In this document: positions 10,719 to 21,925 of the stretch, in pieces | Layout: each line of letters opens with the position of its first letter | Numbering within the stretch: the stretch's first letter is position 1 | Assembly: GCA_022711115.1 (NCBI GenBank) | Contig: JAKLFP010000001.1 | Coordinates: forward strand, 197,183-261,182 | Length of the DNA stretch: 64,000 nucleotides | DNA from: Candidatus Omnitrophota bacterium | GTDB taxonomy: Bacteria > Omnitrophota > Omnitrophia > Omnitrophales > Aquincolibacteriaceae | Reading direction: 5' to 3' | Translations under genes and position numbers: made by a program | Notes under the pieces: model-generated | The model's database searches: none | What the model saw: only the letters and a program-made list of their open reading frames with translations | What the model was told of the DNA's origin: nothing

Positions 10719-11729
10719 TTATGATGCTGCGGGTGTCGCAGCCGGTGCAGCGCCTTTATTCTGCATACGCTCTTCAAGGTTCATCCCGAGATGAAGATTC
10801 ATGGAGGTCAAGATAGCATTGATCTCGTTGAGGGATTTCTTCCCGAAATTTTTGTATTTGAGCATTTGCGCTTCGGTCTTTTGGACAAGGTCGCCGATCG
10901 TCTTGATGCTGGCAGCCTCAAGACAATTCGCGCTGCGCACAGACAGCTCAAGCTCACTGATGGGTTTATTGATGATTTCGAGAAACTCCTTATCATGTTC
11001 CTCTTCCTCTTCTTCCTCTTCCGGTAACTCCCCGTAATTGACAAAGATATCAAGGTGACGCTGAAGAATATTGGATGCATAAAGCAATGCCTCTTCAGGG
11101 CTCATGGCGCCATTCGTCCAGATCTCAAGCACCAGCCGGTCATAATCCGTGATCTGCCCGACACGCGTATCTTCCACATAAAAATTCACCTTGGTCACCG
11201 GTGAAAAAATCGAATCCACATTCACCACACCAATCGGAGAATCTTCCTGCTTATTGCGTTCCGCAGGAACATACCCCCTGCCGCGGCCTACTTCCATTTC
11301 CATCTTGAATGAAACAGATTTGCTCAGATTGCAGAACACAAGCTCGGGATTGACGATTTCAACCGTCTCATCCGCCTGAATGTCCGCAGCCTTGACCGGC
11401 CCTTGCTTTTTAACATCCACATAAATCTTTTTTGGGCCTTTGCCATGATAACGAAGTACTAATTTCTTGATGTTCATCACGATCTGCGCACCGTCTTCAA
11501 CCACACCGTCAAGTGTCGAAAATTCATGCAACATTCCGTCAATCTTGATGTTGGTAACGGCAGCACCTTCGATCGAAGAGATCAACACGCGACGCAACGC
11601 GTTCCCGATCGTAGTTCCATAACCCCGTTCGAATGGTTCGGCAATAAACTTACCATAATGAGCCGTCAGTGTGCCCTGTTCGGCTTCTAAACGCTTCGGC
11701 ATTTCAAATGTTTTCCAGCGAATTCCCAT
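10719..11729 (-). CDS. rpoA: DNA-directed RNA polymerase subunit alpha
   Basis: 336 aa; N-terminal dimerisation domain [17 protein letters not shown], poly-Glu linker, alpha-CTD. Confidence 0.95.
   Translation of the reverse strand: MGIRWKTFEMPKRLEAEQGTLTAHYGKFIAEPFERGYGTTIGNALRRVLISSIEGAAVTNIKIDGMLHEFSTLDGVVEDGAQIVMNIKKLVLRYHGKGPKKIYVDVKKQGPVKAADIQADETVEIVNPELVFCNLSKSVSFKMEMEVGRGRGYVPAERNKQEDSPIGVVNVDSIFSPVTKVNFYVEDTRVGQITDYDRLVLEIWTNGAMSPEEALLYASNILQRHLDIFVNYGELPEEEEEEEEHDKEFLEIINKPISELELSVRSANCLEAASIKTIGDLVQKTEAQMLKYKNFGKKSLNEINAILTSMNLHLGMNLEERMQNKGAAPAATPAAS
10996..11023. repeat. (CTT/CTC)n trinucleotide tract encoding the E8 linker of RpoA
   Basis: ttcctcttcctcttcttcctcttcc read directly. 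Confidence 0.6.
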
Positions 11730-11769
11730 GTTTGTTCCTCCTTATGCGGGAAAGATAAAAAACCGTTTA

Positions 11770-12393
11770 TTATTTAGAATACAGTTCCACGATCAGCGAT
11801 TCTTCCACAGGCAATCCTGCGTCCGCTTTCGTGGGGAGTCTGAGAACTTCACCCGTCAGTTTTTGACGGTCCAGCGCCAACCATTCTGGAGCATTCAAGT
11901 CTTTCCATTTTTCGAAACTGGCCTGCGCCCGTTTAATCGTTGGTTCTTTCTGCTTCACGCTGATTTTTTGACCCACTTTAACGATATAAGAAGCAATATC
12001 CACTTTTTTTCCGTCCACGGTGATATGCCCATGCCCCACCATTTGACGCGCTTCTCTCCTTGACGACGTCAACAGGAGGCGGTAAACAACATTGTCCAAC
12101 CGCCGTTCCAAAAGCTGGATAAGCATTTCACCTGTCACGCCTTTCATACGAACCGCCCGTTGAAAAAAAACGCGAAACTGCCTTTCCCCAAGTCCGTAGA
12201 TTCTTTTCATTTTCTGCTTTTCGCGCATTTGTACGCCATAATCAGAAAGCTTCGTCCTGGCCAGGCCATGCTGCCCGGGAGGTTTGCTGAGACGTTTATC
12301 GTGTTTTTCATCCGTCGTACGACGCCCTTTGAGGCCTAAGTTCACTCCTTCGCGACGATGTAACCGGATTACTGGTCCGCGGTATCTTCCCAT
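11770..12393 (-). CDS. rpsD: 30S ribosomal protein S4
   Basis: 207 aa; MGRYRGPVIRLHRREGVNLGLKG. Confidence 0.95.
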   Translation of the reverse strand: MGRYRGPVIRLHRREGVNLGLKGRRTTDEKHDKRLSKPPGQHGLARTKLSDYGVQMREKQKMKRIYGLGERQFRVFFQRAVRMKGVTGEMLIQLLERRLDNVVYRLLLTSSRREARQMVGHGHITVDGKKVDIASYIVKVGQKISVKQKEPTIKRAQASFEKWKDLNAPEWLALDRQKLTGEVLRLPTKADAGLPVEESLIVELYSK

Positions 12394-12396
12394 AAA

Positions 12397-12768
12397 TTAA
12401 ACTCTCCTCTTCTTAGGCGGGCGACAACCATTGTGCGGCACCGGCGTAATATCATGGATCACACTGATCACAAGCCCCGCCGCCTGAAGCGCTCTAATCG
12501 CTGATTCCCGACCGGCTCCAGGCCCTTTAATATAGACCTCAACTTCTTTCATGCCGTATTCCATTGCCTTTTTCGCGGCTTTTTCTGACGCGATTTGAGC
12601 CGCAAAAGGGGTCGACTTTTTAGAACCCTTAAAACCCGCAGAACCGGAAGATTCCCAGCAAATTGCATTACCGCCGGCATCCGTAATCGTGATGATCGTG
12701 TTGTTAAAACTTGCCGCAATGTGCGCAACACCGCGCACGATATGTTTAATTTTCTTTTTCTTTGCCAT
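12397..12768 (-). CDS. rpsK: 30S ribosomal protein S11
   Basis: 123 aa; [30 protein letters not shown]. Confidence 0.95.
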   Translation of the reverse strand: MAKKKKIKHIVRGVAHIAASFNNTIITITDAGGNAICWESSGSAGFKGSKKSTPFAAQIASEKAAKKAMEYGMKEVEVYIKGPGAGRESAIRALQAAGLVISVIHDITPVPHNGCRPPKKRRV

Positions 12769-12806
12769 ATGCTTCTGTTATCCCTTCATGCTATAAATCA
12801 CTACGA

Positions 12807-13193
12807 TTATTTCGGAGCAGGGGCGGCTCTATTAAGACCCCCGACAGTTTTGCGTTTTCCCTTGCGGGTTCGGGCATTGGTATGTGTCCTTTGGCCGCGG
12901 CAGGGAAGGCCCTTCAAGTGCCTTTGTCCGCGATAACAACGAATATCCATCAAACGCTTGATGTTCTGCTGAATATCGCGACGAAGATCCCCCTCGACTT
13001 TCGCGACGCGCTGAATAATTCCCGTAAGCACCGAAACTTCGGCTTCGGTCAAATCTTTGGCGCGTTTTGCAAAATCCACTTTTGCCTCCAAAAGGACTTT
13101 TTTAGAAAGCGTTTTTCCGATCCCGTAAAGATAGGTCAGCGCCACATCCATTCTTTTTTCTCTCGGGATATCCACCCCAATTATACGCGGCAT
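12807..13193 (-). CDS. rpsM: 30S ribosomal protein S13
   Basis: 128 aa; [26 protein letters not shown]. Confidence 0.95.
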   Translation of the reverse strand: MPRIIGVDIPREKRMDVALTYLYGIGKTLSKKVLLEAKVDFAKRAKDLTEAEVSVLTGIIQRVAKVEGDLRRDIQQNIKRLMDIRCYRGQRHLKGLPCRGQRTHTNARTRKGKRKTVGGLNRAAPAPK

Positions 13194-13219
13194 ACTTATA
13201 ATCCTTTCTTGAAAATAAA

Positions 13220-13333
13220 TTAACCCTGTCGCTGTTTATGCTTTGGATTACTGCAAATCACATAAACATAGCCTTTACGGCGCACGATTTTGCAATTCTC
13301 ACAAATCCTTCGAACTGAACTTCTAACTTTCAT
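13220..13333 (-). CDS. rpmJ: 50S ribosomal protein L36 (not in ORF track, 37 aa)
   Basis: manual translation of minus strand: [37 protein letters not shown]; Zn-ribbon C-x2-C...C...H; canonical position between infA and rpsM. Confidence 0.85.
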   Translation of the reverse strand: MKVRSSVRRICENCKIVRRKGYVYVICSNPKHKQRQG

Positions 13334-13426
13334 TTTTCACCTCAATACTGCATTTCTTTTAATATAGGAAAACAACGCATAGTCCCGCTTAACCGATCAA
13401 ATCAATTATCAGGCAATACTAAAGTA

Positions 13427-13645
13427 TTATTTCACCCGGAAAGTGATCCGTCCCCTGTTTAAATCATAAGGAGAAAGTTCCATTTTGACTTTATCCCCCG
13501 GAAGAATGCGGATGTAATTCATTCTCATCTTTCCGGAGATGTGCGCCAAAACCATGTGCCCGTTTTCAAGCTGGACACGAAACATCGCATTGGGCAATGG
13601 TTCGATCACTGTTCCTTCTACTTCAATCGCATCTTCTTTCGCCAT
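13427..13645 (-). CDS. infA: Translation initiation factor IF-1
   Basis: 72 aa; S1-like OB fold, [30 protein letters not shown]. Confidence 0.95.
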   Translation of the reverse strand: MAKEDAIEVEGTVIEPLPNAMFRVQLENGHMVLAHISGKMRMNYIRILPGDKVKMELSPYDLNRGRITFRVK

Positions 13646-13648
13646 CGC

Positions 13649-14404
13649 TCAGAGAACCCCAGTCCCAGTTAAATTGATAAATCCATCTTCTGTAAAAGCA
13701 ATCGTATCTTCATAATGACTGGCATTCTTACGGTCCTTTGTCACAACTGTCCAGCCATCGGAAAGCGTTTCCACTGCGTAGTGGCCTTCCGTCACCATCG
13801 GTTCAATGGCCAAAACCAAACCCGGCTCCAGTTTCGCTCCGCGGCCTGATTTTCCATAATTAGGAACCTGCGGGTCCTCATGAAGTTCGCGGCCGATCCC
13901 GTGTCCCGCATAATCCCGCACTACCTGAAAGCCTTCAGCTTCTATGTATTTTTGGATGGCTTGCGAAAGATCTCCAATGCGCCAATCTGGCTGATAAACC
14001 GCCAATGCAGCATCCAAAGCTTCTTTTGCAGTATCGATGAGTTTTTGCTTCTTTTCATCCATAGTGCCAACAAGCCAGGTTCTTGCGGAATCTGCAAAAA
14101 AACCATTTTTTTTCACGCCCACATCAAAACTGACAATATCCCCTTTTTTAAGGCGACGTTTGTCCGGAATCCCGTGTACGACAACCTCATTCAGGGAAAT
14201 GCAAGCTGTTTTCGGGAAACCTCGGTACCCTTTAAAGGCCGGCTCGCCGCCATTTTCCAAAATCACACGTTCCGCAATAGCGTCTAATTCTTCCGCCGTA
14301 ACACCTTCAACGACGACCGGTTTGACAGCCTTCATCACTTTTCGGATGATTTCGCCGGATTCCTGGATAAGTTGTATTTCCCGTTTTGACTTCAGCTCAA
14401 TCAT
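13649..14404 (-). CDS. map: Methionine aminopeptidase type I
   Basis: 251 aa; pita-bread fold with metal ligands D..D..H..E..E context. Confidence 0.9.
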   Translation of the reverse strand: MIELKSKREIQLIQESGEIIRKVMKAVKPVVVEGVTAEELDAIAERVILENGGEPAFKGYRGFPKTACISLNEVVVHGIPDKRRLKKGDIVSFDVGVKKNGFFADSARTWLVGTMDEKKQKLIDTAKEALDAALAVYQPDWRIGDLSQAIQKYIEAEGFQVVRDYAGHGIGRELHEDPQVPNYGKSGRGAKLEPGLVLAIEPMVTEGHYAVETLSDGWTVVTKDRKNASHYEDTIAFTEDGFINLTGTGVL

Positions 14405-15060
14405 TTTATTGAACTGATTTTTTCAAAGAGCGTATCTAAATCTTTTTGAACCAAAGAGGCTTCCCCCTCAGCCGGAATATCATGAAGTAAGCCCTTCGTC
14501 CTGTAAAATTCAATCAAAGGCTTCGTGGATTCATGATAAACCTTGAGCCGGTGGCGTATCGTCTCAGGTTCATCATCCTTGCGAACGATCAGGGGCTGAT
14601 GATGACAATCACAAAAACCCTCCTTTTGGGGAGGCATATTGCGCACATGATAAATCTTCCCTGAAATCGCGCAAAGCCTTCTTCCCGCCAAACGATCCAC
14701 AAGAACGTTTTCAGATGCGATGAAATTTACAACAGCCGTCAGCTCGATTTTTTCCTTCGAAAGAAACTTTCCCAAAGCTTCGGCCTGATTAATCGTCCTG
14801 GGGTAGCCGTCTAAGATAAAACCTTTCGCATTCACCAGCTTCAGGATTTCCTCAAACATCATATCGTTGACGAGATCATCGGAAACAAGTTCGCCTCTTG
14901 CGATCACATCTTTGGCGCTGATGCCCAGCGGCGTCCCTTCTTTAATGTTCCGTCTCAAAATATCTCCCGCAGCCAATTGGAGAATGCCATATTTCTCACA
15001 GAGCATCTTTGCATGCGTTCCTTTTCCTGCACCCGGAGGCCCCAAAAATATCAAATTCAT
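14401..15060 (-). CDS. adk: Adenylate kinase
   Basis: 219 aa; P-loop LGPPGAGKGT; LID with C-x19-CDCHH variant. Confidence 0.9.
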   Translation of the reverse strand: MNLIFLGPPGAGKGTHAKMLCEKYGILQLAAGDILRRNIKEGTPLGISAKDVIARGELVSDDLVNDMMFEEILKLVNAKGFILDGYPRTINQAEALGKFLSKEKIELTAVVNFIASENVLVDRLAGRRLCAISGKIYHVRNMPPQKEGFCDCHHQPLIVRKDDEPETIRHRLKVYHESTKPLIEFYRTKGLLHDIPAEGEASLVQKDLDTLFEKISSIK

Positions 15061-16409
15061 TAACGGCGCCCTTTCAATCGACCCCTCTTAATAAAACCGT
15101 CATAGTGCCTCATCACCAACTGTGATTCGATAGCTTTCATCACATCCAACACAACACCGACGATAATCAAAAGCCCTGTGCCGCCGAAAAAGCTGGCGAT
15201 CAAGAATGGAATATTCAAAACCACAGGCGATGAAATGATCTTCGGAAAAAGCGCAATCAACGCCAAAATCACTGCGCCCGAAGTCGCGATCCTCGTCATC
15301 AAGTAATCCAGATGTTCCGCCGTATTTTTTCCGGGCCGTATCCCCGGAACAAACCCGCCGTATTTTTGGAGATTGTCGCTTACTTCAATCGGATTAAACG
15401 TGATCGCCGTATAAAAGAACGTAAAGAAAACAATCAGAAGCGCATCGATGGCCATGTAAGGCCCAGTGCCGTAGCTGATCAATTTTGCGACTTCTGTCAA
15501 TGCACCCGCGTGCGGGAAAAAACCCGCGATCGTCGCAGGAAACAAAACCACCGATTGGGCAAAAATGATCGGAATAACACCTGCCTGGTTCACCTTGAGC
15601 GGCAAATAAGTGCTCTGCCCGCCATACATCCGATGTCCGCGTATCTGCTTCGCATACTGTACCGGGATCTTGCGTTGCCCTTGTATGATTAATATCAAAA
15701 AGATCACCGCTCCCACAAACAATCCGATCATAATGACAAATTTCCACCATGGCAATTGTTGTCTCGCTAGATCAAAGGGCGACAACAACACATACGTCTG
15801 TCTAAACGCTTCAGGCAACCTCTCAATGATCCCTGCCGTAATGATGATCGACATCCCATTGCCGATTCCGTAAGCGTCGATCTGCTCACCAAGCCACATG
15901 ATAAACGCCGTTCCCGTCGTCATGGTCAGCACACACATGAGCCGAAAACCCCACCCCGGATTCGGGACAATGACGGTTCCGTTAAAAGCCGCCGGATTTT
16001 CAAGCCAAAGAGCTATAAAAAATGTTTGTAGTACGCTCAAAACAATTGTCCCGTAGCGCGTGTACTGGATGATCTTCTTCCGGCCTTCCTCGCCTTCTTT
16101 CGCCATTTTTTCCAGAGCAGGAATCACGACGGTCAGAAGCTGCAAAATGATCGACGACGAAATGTACGGCATGATCCCAAGCGCAAAAATCGTCGCTTTT
16201 TGAAGCGCGCCGCCGGTAAACATTCCCATAAAACCCAATAGGGACCCTCCGGCCATGTGTGTATTAAAAAATCTCGCAAGGGCCGTGCCATCCACTCCCG
16301 GTGTCGGCACAAAAGCACCTACACGATAAATGGCTATGATAAAGAGCGTAAATAAAATCTTTTTCCTGAGATCAGGAACTTTTAAGATATTTGCGAATGC
16401 TTGCAGCAT
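15060..16409 (-). CDS. secY: Preprotein translocase SecY
   Basis: 449 aa; 10-TM protein; position between rplO and adk. Confidence 0.95.
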   Translation of the reverse strand: MLQAFANILKVPDLRKKILFTLFIIAIYRVGAFVPTPGVDGTALARFFNTHMAGGSLLGFMGMFTGGALQKATIFALGIMPYISSSIILQLLTVVIPALEKMAKEGEEGRKKIIQYTRYGTIVLSVLQTFFIALWLENPAAFNGTVIVPNPGWGFRLMCVLTMTTGTAFIMWLGEQIDAYGIGNGMSIIITAGIIERLPEAFRQTYVLLSPFDLARQQLPWWKFVIMIGLFVGAVIFLILIIQGQRKIPVQYAKQIRGHRMYGGQSTYLPLKVNQAGVIPIIFAQSVVLFPATIAGFFPHAGALTEVAKLISYGTGPYMAIDALLIVFFTFFYTAITFNPIEVSDNLQKYGGFVPGIRPGKNTAEHLDYLMTRIATSGAVILALIALFPKIISSPVVLNIPFLIASFFGGTGLLIIVGVVLDVMKAIESQLVMRHYDGFIKRGRLKGRR

Positions 16410-16423
16410 TGAGTCCTTTTATC

Positions 16424-16855
16424 CTATGCTGGAATGATTACCGCTTGGCCACCGGTTGCTTCGATCTTTGTTTTGGCTGAAGCACTGAAAAGATGAGCTT
16501 TGACTGTCACCGTTTTTTTAATTTCTCCGTTCCCAAGCACCTTCAAACCGGATCGCAATTCTTTAATAACACCCTTTTTTAATAGTAGGTCAGGCGTTAT
16601 TTCCTTTTCATCAAGCTTTGCAATCTGCTCAAGGTTCACGATGGTATAAAATTTTTTAAAAGCATTATGACTAAACCCTCGTTTTGGAAGACGCCTGTAA
16701 AGAGGGGTTTGACCGCCCTCATATCCCTGGCGAACCTGTTTGCCGGAACGGGCCCTCTGCCCCTTATGCCCTTTGGTCGAAGTCTTTCCGTGCCCTGAAC
16801 CGATCCCGCAACCTAAACGTTTCCTGCGTTTTTTATAAGGAAATTTAGCTCTCAT
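16424..16855 (-). CDS. rplO: 50S ribosomal protein L15
   Basis: 143 aa; Gly/Arg-rich N-terminus [17 protein letters not shown]. Confidence 0.9.
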   Translation of the reverse strand: MRAKFPYKKRRKRLGCGIGSGHGKTSTKGHKGQRARSGKQVRQGYEGGQTPLYRRLPKRGFSHNAFKKFYTIVNLEQIAKLDEKEITPDLLLKKGVIKELRSGLKVLGNGEIKKTVTVKAHLFSASAKTKIEATGGQAVIIPA

Positions 16856-17430
16856 AATTCTGTTTTCTCACCTTCCGTATCCATGCGCACTTTTCGGTCT
16901 ACCAAGGAGGTCAACCCATTAATCGCTGCCTTTAAAACATTCGTGGAATTATCGCTGCCCAAACTTTTTGTCAAAATATCCTTGATCCCGCAGGCTTCAC
17001 ACGCCGCGCGAACCGAACCGCCCGCAATAACCCCAGTACCAGGAGCCGCCGGCTTTAAAAGGACTTTCGCCGCTCCATAGCGGCCCACAATTTCATGCGG
17101 GATCGTAGTCCCTTTCAGCGTAATTTTGATCTTGGTTTTCCGAGCCGCCACAAGGGCCTTTCGAATCGCATCAGCTACTTCATTCGCCTTACCCGTAGCA
17201 TAACCAAGTTCTGCAGCGCCGTTCCCGACTACAACGAGTGCGCTAAAACTAAAACGTTTACCGCCTTTAACAACTTTGGCGCACCGATTTACTTGAATGA
17301 CTTTTTCAAAAGTCGTGGAACCGTCCCCCGCCATTGGCATAAAGGAGCCTTTCCCCGCAGGAGCCTTTGGCTGGGCGACCGCAACAACCTCATGATTTTG
17401 TTCGCTTAATGGTGCGTCTGACGTTTGCAT
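16852..17430 (-). CDS. rpsE: 30S ribosomal protein S5 (N-terminally extended)
   Basis: [25 protein letters not shown] core. The ORF-track start at 17451 is GTG (read from sequence); the first ATG at 17430 (MQTSDAPL...) has an AAAGGAAAC RBS. Confidence 0.85.
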   Translation of the reverse strand: MQTSDAPLSEQNHEVVAVAQPKAPAGKGSFMPMAGDGSTTFEKVIQVNRCAKVVKGGKRFSFSALVVVGNGAAELGYATGKANEVADAIRKALVAARKTKIKITLKGTTIPHEIVGRYGAAKVLLKPAAPGTGVIAGGSVRAACEACGIKDILTKSLGSDNSTNVLKAAINGLTSLVDRKVRMDTEGEKTEL

Positions 17431-17459
17431 GCTGCTTAGGTTTCCTTTCACTTGCTGCT

Positions 17460-17822
17460 TTAAAATTGAATTCCGTTTTTTCGCATCGCCTCGGCTAAGG
17501 CTTTGACACGCCCATGATAAAGATAACCGCCTCGATCAAAAGCAATTTTCTGAACATTTTTTTTCTTGAGTGCCTCGGCAAAAGATTTCCCGAGTTGTTC
17601 CGCGACGGTTATCTTGCCTTTTTGGGGTGCTGTCTTTAAAAATTCTTTATCAAGCGATGAAAAAGACGCTATGGTTTTTTGGGCAATATCATCGATCGCC
17701 TGAACACAAATATTCTTCAGGGAACGATGCACCGCCACGCGGGGTCTTTCAGCCGTTCCAGTAATTTTTTGCCGAACCCTGCGATGTCTTTGAATCCTTC
17801 CCCATTCCTTAACATGAACCAT
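17460..17822 (-). CDS. rplR: 50S ribosomal protein L18
   Basis: 120 aa; [20 protein letters not shown]. Confidence 0.9.
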   Translation of the reverse strand: MVHVKEWGRIQRHRRVRQKITGTAERPRVAVHRSLKNICVQAIDDIAQKTIASFSSLDKEFLKTAPQKGKITVAEQLGKSFAEALKKKNVQKIAFDRGGYLYHGRVKALAEAMRKNGIQF

Positions 17823-17845
17823 ACGTCTTATGCTCCTCTTTCCTA

Positions 17846-18382
17846 TTAACTGACGGCTTTGCCCTGTTTGCGCCGCACATATTCGCCAACATACCGGATC
17901 CCTTTGCCCTTATAAGGCTCTGGCTTATAATAACCTCGGATTTCTGCCGCGACCTGGCCAACGCGCTGCTTATCCATGCCTGTGATCGTAATCTGGGTCG
18001 GCTTGGGACATTTGATATCCACATCTTTGCCAAAGGTATAATCCACGGGATGCGTGAATCCAAGCGCCATGGAAAGGACATTGCCTTTCACAGAAGCTTT
18101 CATCCCAACCCCCGTAATCTCCAAATCTTTGGAATATCCCTGTGTAACTCCCAAAATCATATTCTGGATCAGACTGCGCGTGAGACCGTGAAGGGCACGA
18201 TCCGTCCGAATATCCGTCGGACGAGTCAGCTTCACTTCATGGCCTTCGATCACAACTTTGATGCGCGGATGAACGTCCATACTAAGCATCCCTTTGGGAC
18301 CTTGCACCTGAACCGTCAAAGCCTGCTGGGATACTTTAACTTTTTCTGGTATCGCAATAACTTTTCTACCGATACGTGACAT
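17846..18382 (-). CDS. rplF: 50S ribosomal protein L6
   Basis: 178 aa; MSRIGRKVIAIPEKVKV. Confidence 0.95.
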   Translation of the reverse strand: MSRIGRKVIAIPEKVKVSQQALTVQVQGPKGMLSMDVHPRIKVVIEGHEVKLTRPTDIRTDRALHGLTRSLIQNMILGVTQGYSKDLEITGVGMKASVKGNVLSMALGFTHPVDYTFGKDVDIKCPKPTQITITGMDKQRVGQVAAEIRGYYKPEPYKGKGIRYVGEYVRRKQGKAVS

Positions 18383-18391
18383 AAGAGAACC

Positions 18392-18793
18392 TCACCAAAC
18401 CGTGCAAAGAAGTTCGCCGCCGGCTTTCGCCTCGCGAGCCTGTCGGTCCGTCATCACACCTTTTGACGTTGAAAGTATGGCAACCCCGAGCCCTCCAAGG
18501 ACTTTAGGGATTTCCTGATAGCGCACATACCGTCTCAATCCCGGTGTGGAAATGCGCTTTAATCCCTGGATCGCTGCTTTCTTGCCACCGGGCAAATACT
18601 TCAAATGGATTCGCACAAAATTCTTGTTTCCTTCGCTGAACGGTTTCACATTTTCAATGAAACCTTCTTCTTTCAAAAGTTCCGCGATCCGCACTGTGAT
18701 CACTGAAGCGGGAACACTTAATTTATCCTTGTGTGCCGCTGAGGCATTTCGAATCGCTGTTAAAAAATCCCCTATGAAATCATAACACGACAT
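18392..18793 (-). CDS. rpsH: 30S ribosomal protein S8
   Basis: 133 aa; DFLTAIRNA, C-terminal GGELLCTVW. Confidence 0.95.
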   Translation of the reverse strand: MSCYDFIGDFLTAIRNASAAHKDKLSVPASVITVRIAELLKEEGFIENVKPFSEGNKNFVRIHLKYLPGGKKAAIQGLKRISTPGLRRYVRYQEIPKVLGGLGVAILSTSKGVMTDRQAREAKAGGELLCTVW

Positions 18794-18812
18794 GAAAGAT
18801 CTTCCTCCTCGC

Positions 18813-18998
18813 TTACCAGCTGGATTTCACCACACCAGGAAGCATCCCGGCGTTTGCCAATTCCCGGAAGCAAATACGACAAATCGAAAACTTCCGGATA
18901 TAACCACGTGGCCGGCCGCAACGCTGACAGCGGTTGTATTTTCTTACTTTGAATTTCGGTTCAAGTCTTTGTTTGACAACTAAACAAGTTTTCGCCAT
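18813..18998 (-). CDS. rpsZ: 30S ribosomal protein S14 type Z (zinc-binding short form)
   Basis: 61 aa; [24 protein letters not shown]4 motif. Confidence 0.95.
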   Translation of the reverse strand: MAKTCLVVKQRLEPKFKVRKYNRCQRCGRPRGYIRKFSICRICFRELANAGMLPGVVKSSW

Positions 18999-19007
18999 GA
19001 ATTATCC

Positions 19008-19568
19008 TTACTTCCTGAAGGGAAAACCCAAAAGCTCGAGAAGCCGTTTCCCTTCCTTTTTATTCTCAGCCGTCGTCACAAATGTGATATCCATTCCCTG
19101 AGTCTTTTTCATCTTGTCAAATTCCACTTCAGGAAAAATGGTCTGCTCGGTTAAACCGATCGTGAAATTGCCATGTTGGTCAAAACTTCTATCCAAAAAA
19201 CCGCGGAAATCGCGTATGCGCGGCATGGCAACATTAAAAAGCCTGTCGATAAATTCATACATCCGAGCCCGGCGAAGCGTCACTTTAAGACCGATCGGTG
19301 ATCCTTGTCTCAACTTAAACGCAGAAATGGATTTTTTTGCTCGAGTCACCACGGGTTTCTGTCCCACGATGCGGGCAAGTTCCACCGCCAGTTGATCCAG
19401 AATCTTGATATCCTCTTGACCTTCTTTGACGCCCATATTGACCACAATTTTTTCAAGATGCGGCGTCTGCATAGGATTCTTATACCCAAACTCCTTCATG
19501 AGTTCGGGGACTACTTCGCTGCGATATTTTTCTAACATTCTAGGAACTTTCGAAACTGTCTGATTCAT
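19008..19568 (-). CDS. rplE: 50S ribosomal protein L5
   Basis: 186 aa; canonical L5, position between rplX and rpsZ. Confidence 0.95.
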   Translation of the reverse strand: MNQTVSKVPRMLEKYRSEVVPELMKEFGYKNPMQTPHLEKIVVNMGVKEGQEDIKILDQLAVELARIVGQKPVVTRAKKSISAFKLRQGSPIGLKVTLRRARMYEFIDRLFNVAMPRIRDFRGFLDRSFDQHGNFTIGLTEQTIFPEVEFDKMKKTQGMDITFVTTAENKKEGKRLLELLGFPFRK

Positions 19569-19573
19569 AATTG

Positions 19574-19882
19574 TTATAAAACCTCACCGGAAACTTTAAC
19601 CATGCGATGCTTTGTTCCATCCGCTAAAATAGAGTAGCCGACTCGGGAAGGTTTCCCGCTCCTCGGGCATACCAACTTCACATTGGCAATATGAAGTTTC
19701 CCTTCCATTTTAGCAATCCCGCCTTTCGGGTTTTCCTGACTTTTCCTCAAGAAAGCAGTCCGATAATTGATCTTCTCGATCAAAAGCATTCCCTCTTTCG
19801 GGAACACCCTCATCACACGGCCCTTTTTGCCTTTATCTTTCCCCTTCATCACCATCACTTCATCACCCTTACGAATCTTCAT
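19574..19882 (-). CDS. rplX: 50S ribosomal protein L24
   Basis: 102 aa; [26 protein letters not shown] motif. Confidence 0.95.
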   Translation of the reverse strand: MKIRKGDEVMVMKGKDKGKKGRVMRVFPKEGMLLIEKINYRTAFLRKSQENPKGGIAKMEGKLHIANVKLVCPRSGKPSRVGYSILADGTKHRMVKVSGEVL

Positions 19883-19885
19883 GAT

Positions 19886-20254
19886 TTAAACGACCTCCGG
19901 GGCAAGCGAGATAATTTTAGTAAAATCACTATCGCGCAATTCACGCGCCACGGGCCCGAAAATACGAGTCCCCCGCGGATTTTTTTGATTATCAATTAAT
20001 ACGATCGCATTCGAAGAAAACTTCACGAAAGAACCATCCTTGCGGCGAATCGGAGACTTGGTCCTCACCACCACAGCCTTCACTACCTCTCCTTTTTTGA
20101 TCGCGCCTGTCGGAAGAGCTTCTTTCACGGAAGCCGTAATCACATCTCCGATTTCAGCCGAGCGTTTCCCATGCCGCCCAATGACGCCGATCATGGCCGC
20201 TTTTTTCGCTCCGCTGTTATCCGCAATCTCAAGAATACTTCGCATTTGAATCAT
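19886..20254 (-). CDS. rplN: 50S ribosomal protein L14
   Basis: 122 aa; [18 protein letters not shown]. Confidence 0.95.
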   Translation of the reverse strand: MIQMRSILEIADNSGAKKAAMIGVIGRHGKRSAEIGDVITASVKEALPTGAIKKGEVVKAVVVRTKSPIRRKDGSFVKFSSNAIVLIDNQKNPRGTRIFGPVARELRDSDFTKIISLAPEVV

Positions 20255-20514
20255 GATTTGATCACTTTCACTAAACGCCAGCGTTTTGTCTTTGAAAGCG
20301 GACGCGTCTCAACAATTTGAACACGATCCCCTTCTTTAGCTTCATTCTTTTCATCGTGCACGGCATATTTAATGTGCCGTTTGATCACTTTTTTGAATTT
20401 GGTGTGCTGCAACAACCGCGTCACAAGCACCGTAATGGTCTTGTTCATCTTGTGACTGACGACCATCCCCTCACGGATACGCTTACTTTCGATCTTTTCT
20501 TCGACCTCGCTCAT
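20251..20514 (-). CDS. rpsQ: 30S ribosomal protein S17
   Basis: 87 aa; [20 protein letters not shown] fold. Confidence 0.9.
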   Translation of the reverse strand: MSEVEEKIESKRIREGMVVSHKMNKTITVLVTRLLQHTKFKKVIKRHIKYAVHDEKNEAKEGDRVQIVETRPLSKTKRWRLVKVIKS

Positions 20515-20735
20515 GACTTCTTTTCGCCTTTCTTCTTTTCATTGATGATAGTCAGCAGTCGCGCAATATCCTGTTTCGTTTCTTTCAAAGAGGACTGTCT
20601 CTCAAGTTTTCCCGTTTTGAGTTGAAATCTGAATTGCATTAACGTTTTTTTAAAGCTGTCTACCTTTTCCTGCAATTCCTCAATGCTGAGTTCGCGTAAT
20701 TCTTCCGTTTTTAACATATTAAACCGCTGCCTCAT
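20511..20735 (-). CDS. rpmC: 50S ribosomal protein L29
   Basis: 74 aa; [26 protein letters not shown]. Confidence 0.9.
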   Translation of the reverse strand: MRQRFNMLKTEELRELSIEELQEKVDSFKKTLMQFRFQLKTGKLERQSSLKETKQDIARLLTIINEKKKGEKKS

Positions 20736-21138
20736 GCTTTACAAATTTAGTCCGAAACGGGATTTTGTGGGCGCATAAGCGCATGGCCGAACGCGCCATC
20801 TGTTCCGGGATCCCGCCCATTTCAAAAAGAATCCTCCCGGGTTTGATCACGGCGACGTAGTACTCGGGAGCACCCTTCCCTTTTCCCATACGGGTTTCTG
20901 CCGGCTTTTTGGAATACGCTTTATCCGGAAAAACTCGAAGCCAGATCTTGCCGCCACGTTTCACATGACGCGTCAAAGCGACGCGAGCTGCCTCGATCTG
21001 AATAGCTGTAAGCCAAGCGCATTCTAAAGACTTGAGCCCATACTCTCCAAAAGCCAAGCTGCTTCCGCGAGTGGAAATGCCACGCATCCAACCGCGCTGC
21101 TGCTTGCGATATTTAACCCTCTTAGGCTGTAGGGGCAT
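20719..21138 (-). CDS. rplP: 50S ribosomal protein L16
   Basis: 139 aa; [16 protein letters not shown]. Confidence 0.95.
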   Translation of the reverse strand: MPLQPKRVKYRKQQRGWMRGISTRGSSLAFGEYGLKSLECAWLTAIQIEAARVALTRHVKRGGKIWLRVFPDKAYSKKPAETRMGKGKGAPEYYVAVIKPGRILFEMGGIPEQMARSAMRLCAHKIPFRTKFVKHEAAV

Positions 21139-21904
21139 CGTTCAAATTCTCCTTATCGCCGCTAGGCTCTTGCTTCTCAATCACCGCTTCTGCCGAAGGC
21201 GCTTCTGTCTTGGCGCTTTCTTCTTCAGTCGGTTTGAATTTTTTTTCCATTTCCATCTTTTGCGCTTCCTGTTCTTTCTTTACAAGAATATCGCCCTTAT
21301 AAATCCACGTCTTACAACCAATCGTCCCGTAAGTGGTAAACGCTTCGGCAAATCCATAATCGATGTCCGCGCGAAACGTACTAAGCGGAACTTTGCCTTC
21401 ATGATATTTTTCTTCGCGAGCAATTTCAGCCCCGCCAAGCCGTCCCTTGCATTTCACTTTAATGCCTAAGGCTCCCTTTTGCATTGCCAGCTGTACGGCT
21501 TTTTTCATCGCCCGGCGAAAACCAATGCGCTTCACAAGCTGGAGCGCTATATTTTCAGCCACAAGCTGCGCATCGATTTGAGGAAGCTTGACTTCCTTGA
21601 TATCGAGAAATACTTCATTTTTCGTCAAGGCCGCGAGATCTTCTTTGATCTTATCGATCTCTTGGCCGCGCCGACCAATAATCACACCCGGTTTGGCCGC
21701 AAAAATACGGATACGCACACGATTGGACGCCCGGTCAATTTCAATGGAAGAAATACCGGCAAAGGATAATTTTTCTTTGAGATAATTACGGATCTTGAGA
21801 TCTTCCTGAAGAACTACGCCGGCATCGCGTTTGGCAAACCAACGCGCTTTCCAGGGTTTAATATACCCGACTCTCAAACCGTATGGATGAACTTTCTGAC
21901 CCAA
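21122..21904 (-). CDS. rpsC: 30S ribosomal protein S3 with acidic/Lys-rich C-terminal tail
   Basis: 260 aa; [15 protein letters not shown] domain; C-terminal ~40-aa low-complexity tail. Confidence 0.95.
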   Translation of the reverse strand: MGQKVHPYGLRVGYIKPWKARWFAKRDAGVVLQEDLKIRNYLKEKLSFAGISSIEIDRASNRVRIRIFAAKPGVIIGRRGQEIDKIKEDLAALTKNEVFLDIKEVKLPQIDAQLVAENIALQLVKRIGFRRAMKKAVQLAMQKGALGIKVKCKGRLGGAEIAREEKYHEGKVPLSTFRADIDYGFAEAFTTYGTIGCKTWIYKGDILVKKEQEAQKMEMEKKFKPTEEESAKTEAPSAEAVIEKQEPSGDKENLNDAPTA

Positions 21905-21925
21905 AATAGCCTCCTCTTTCCTTAC

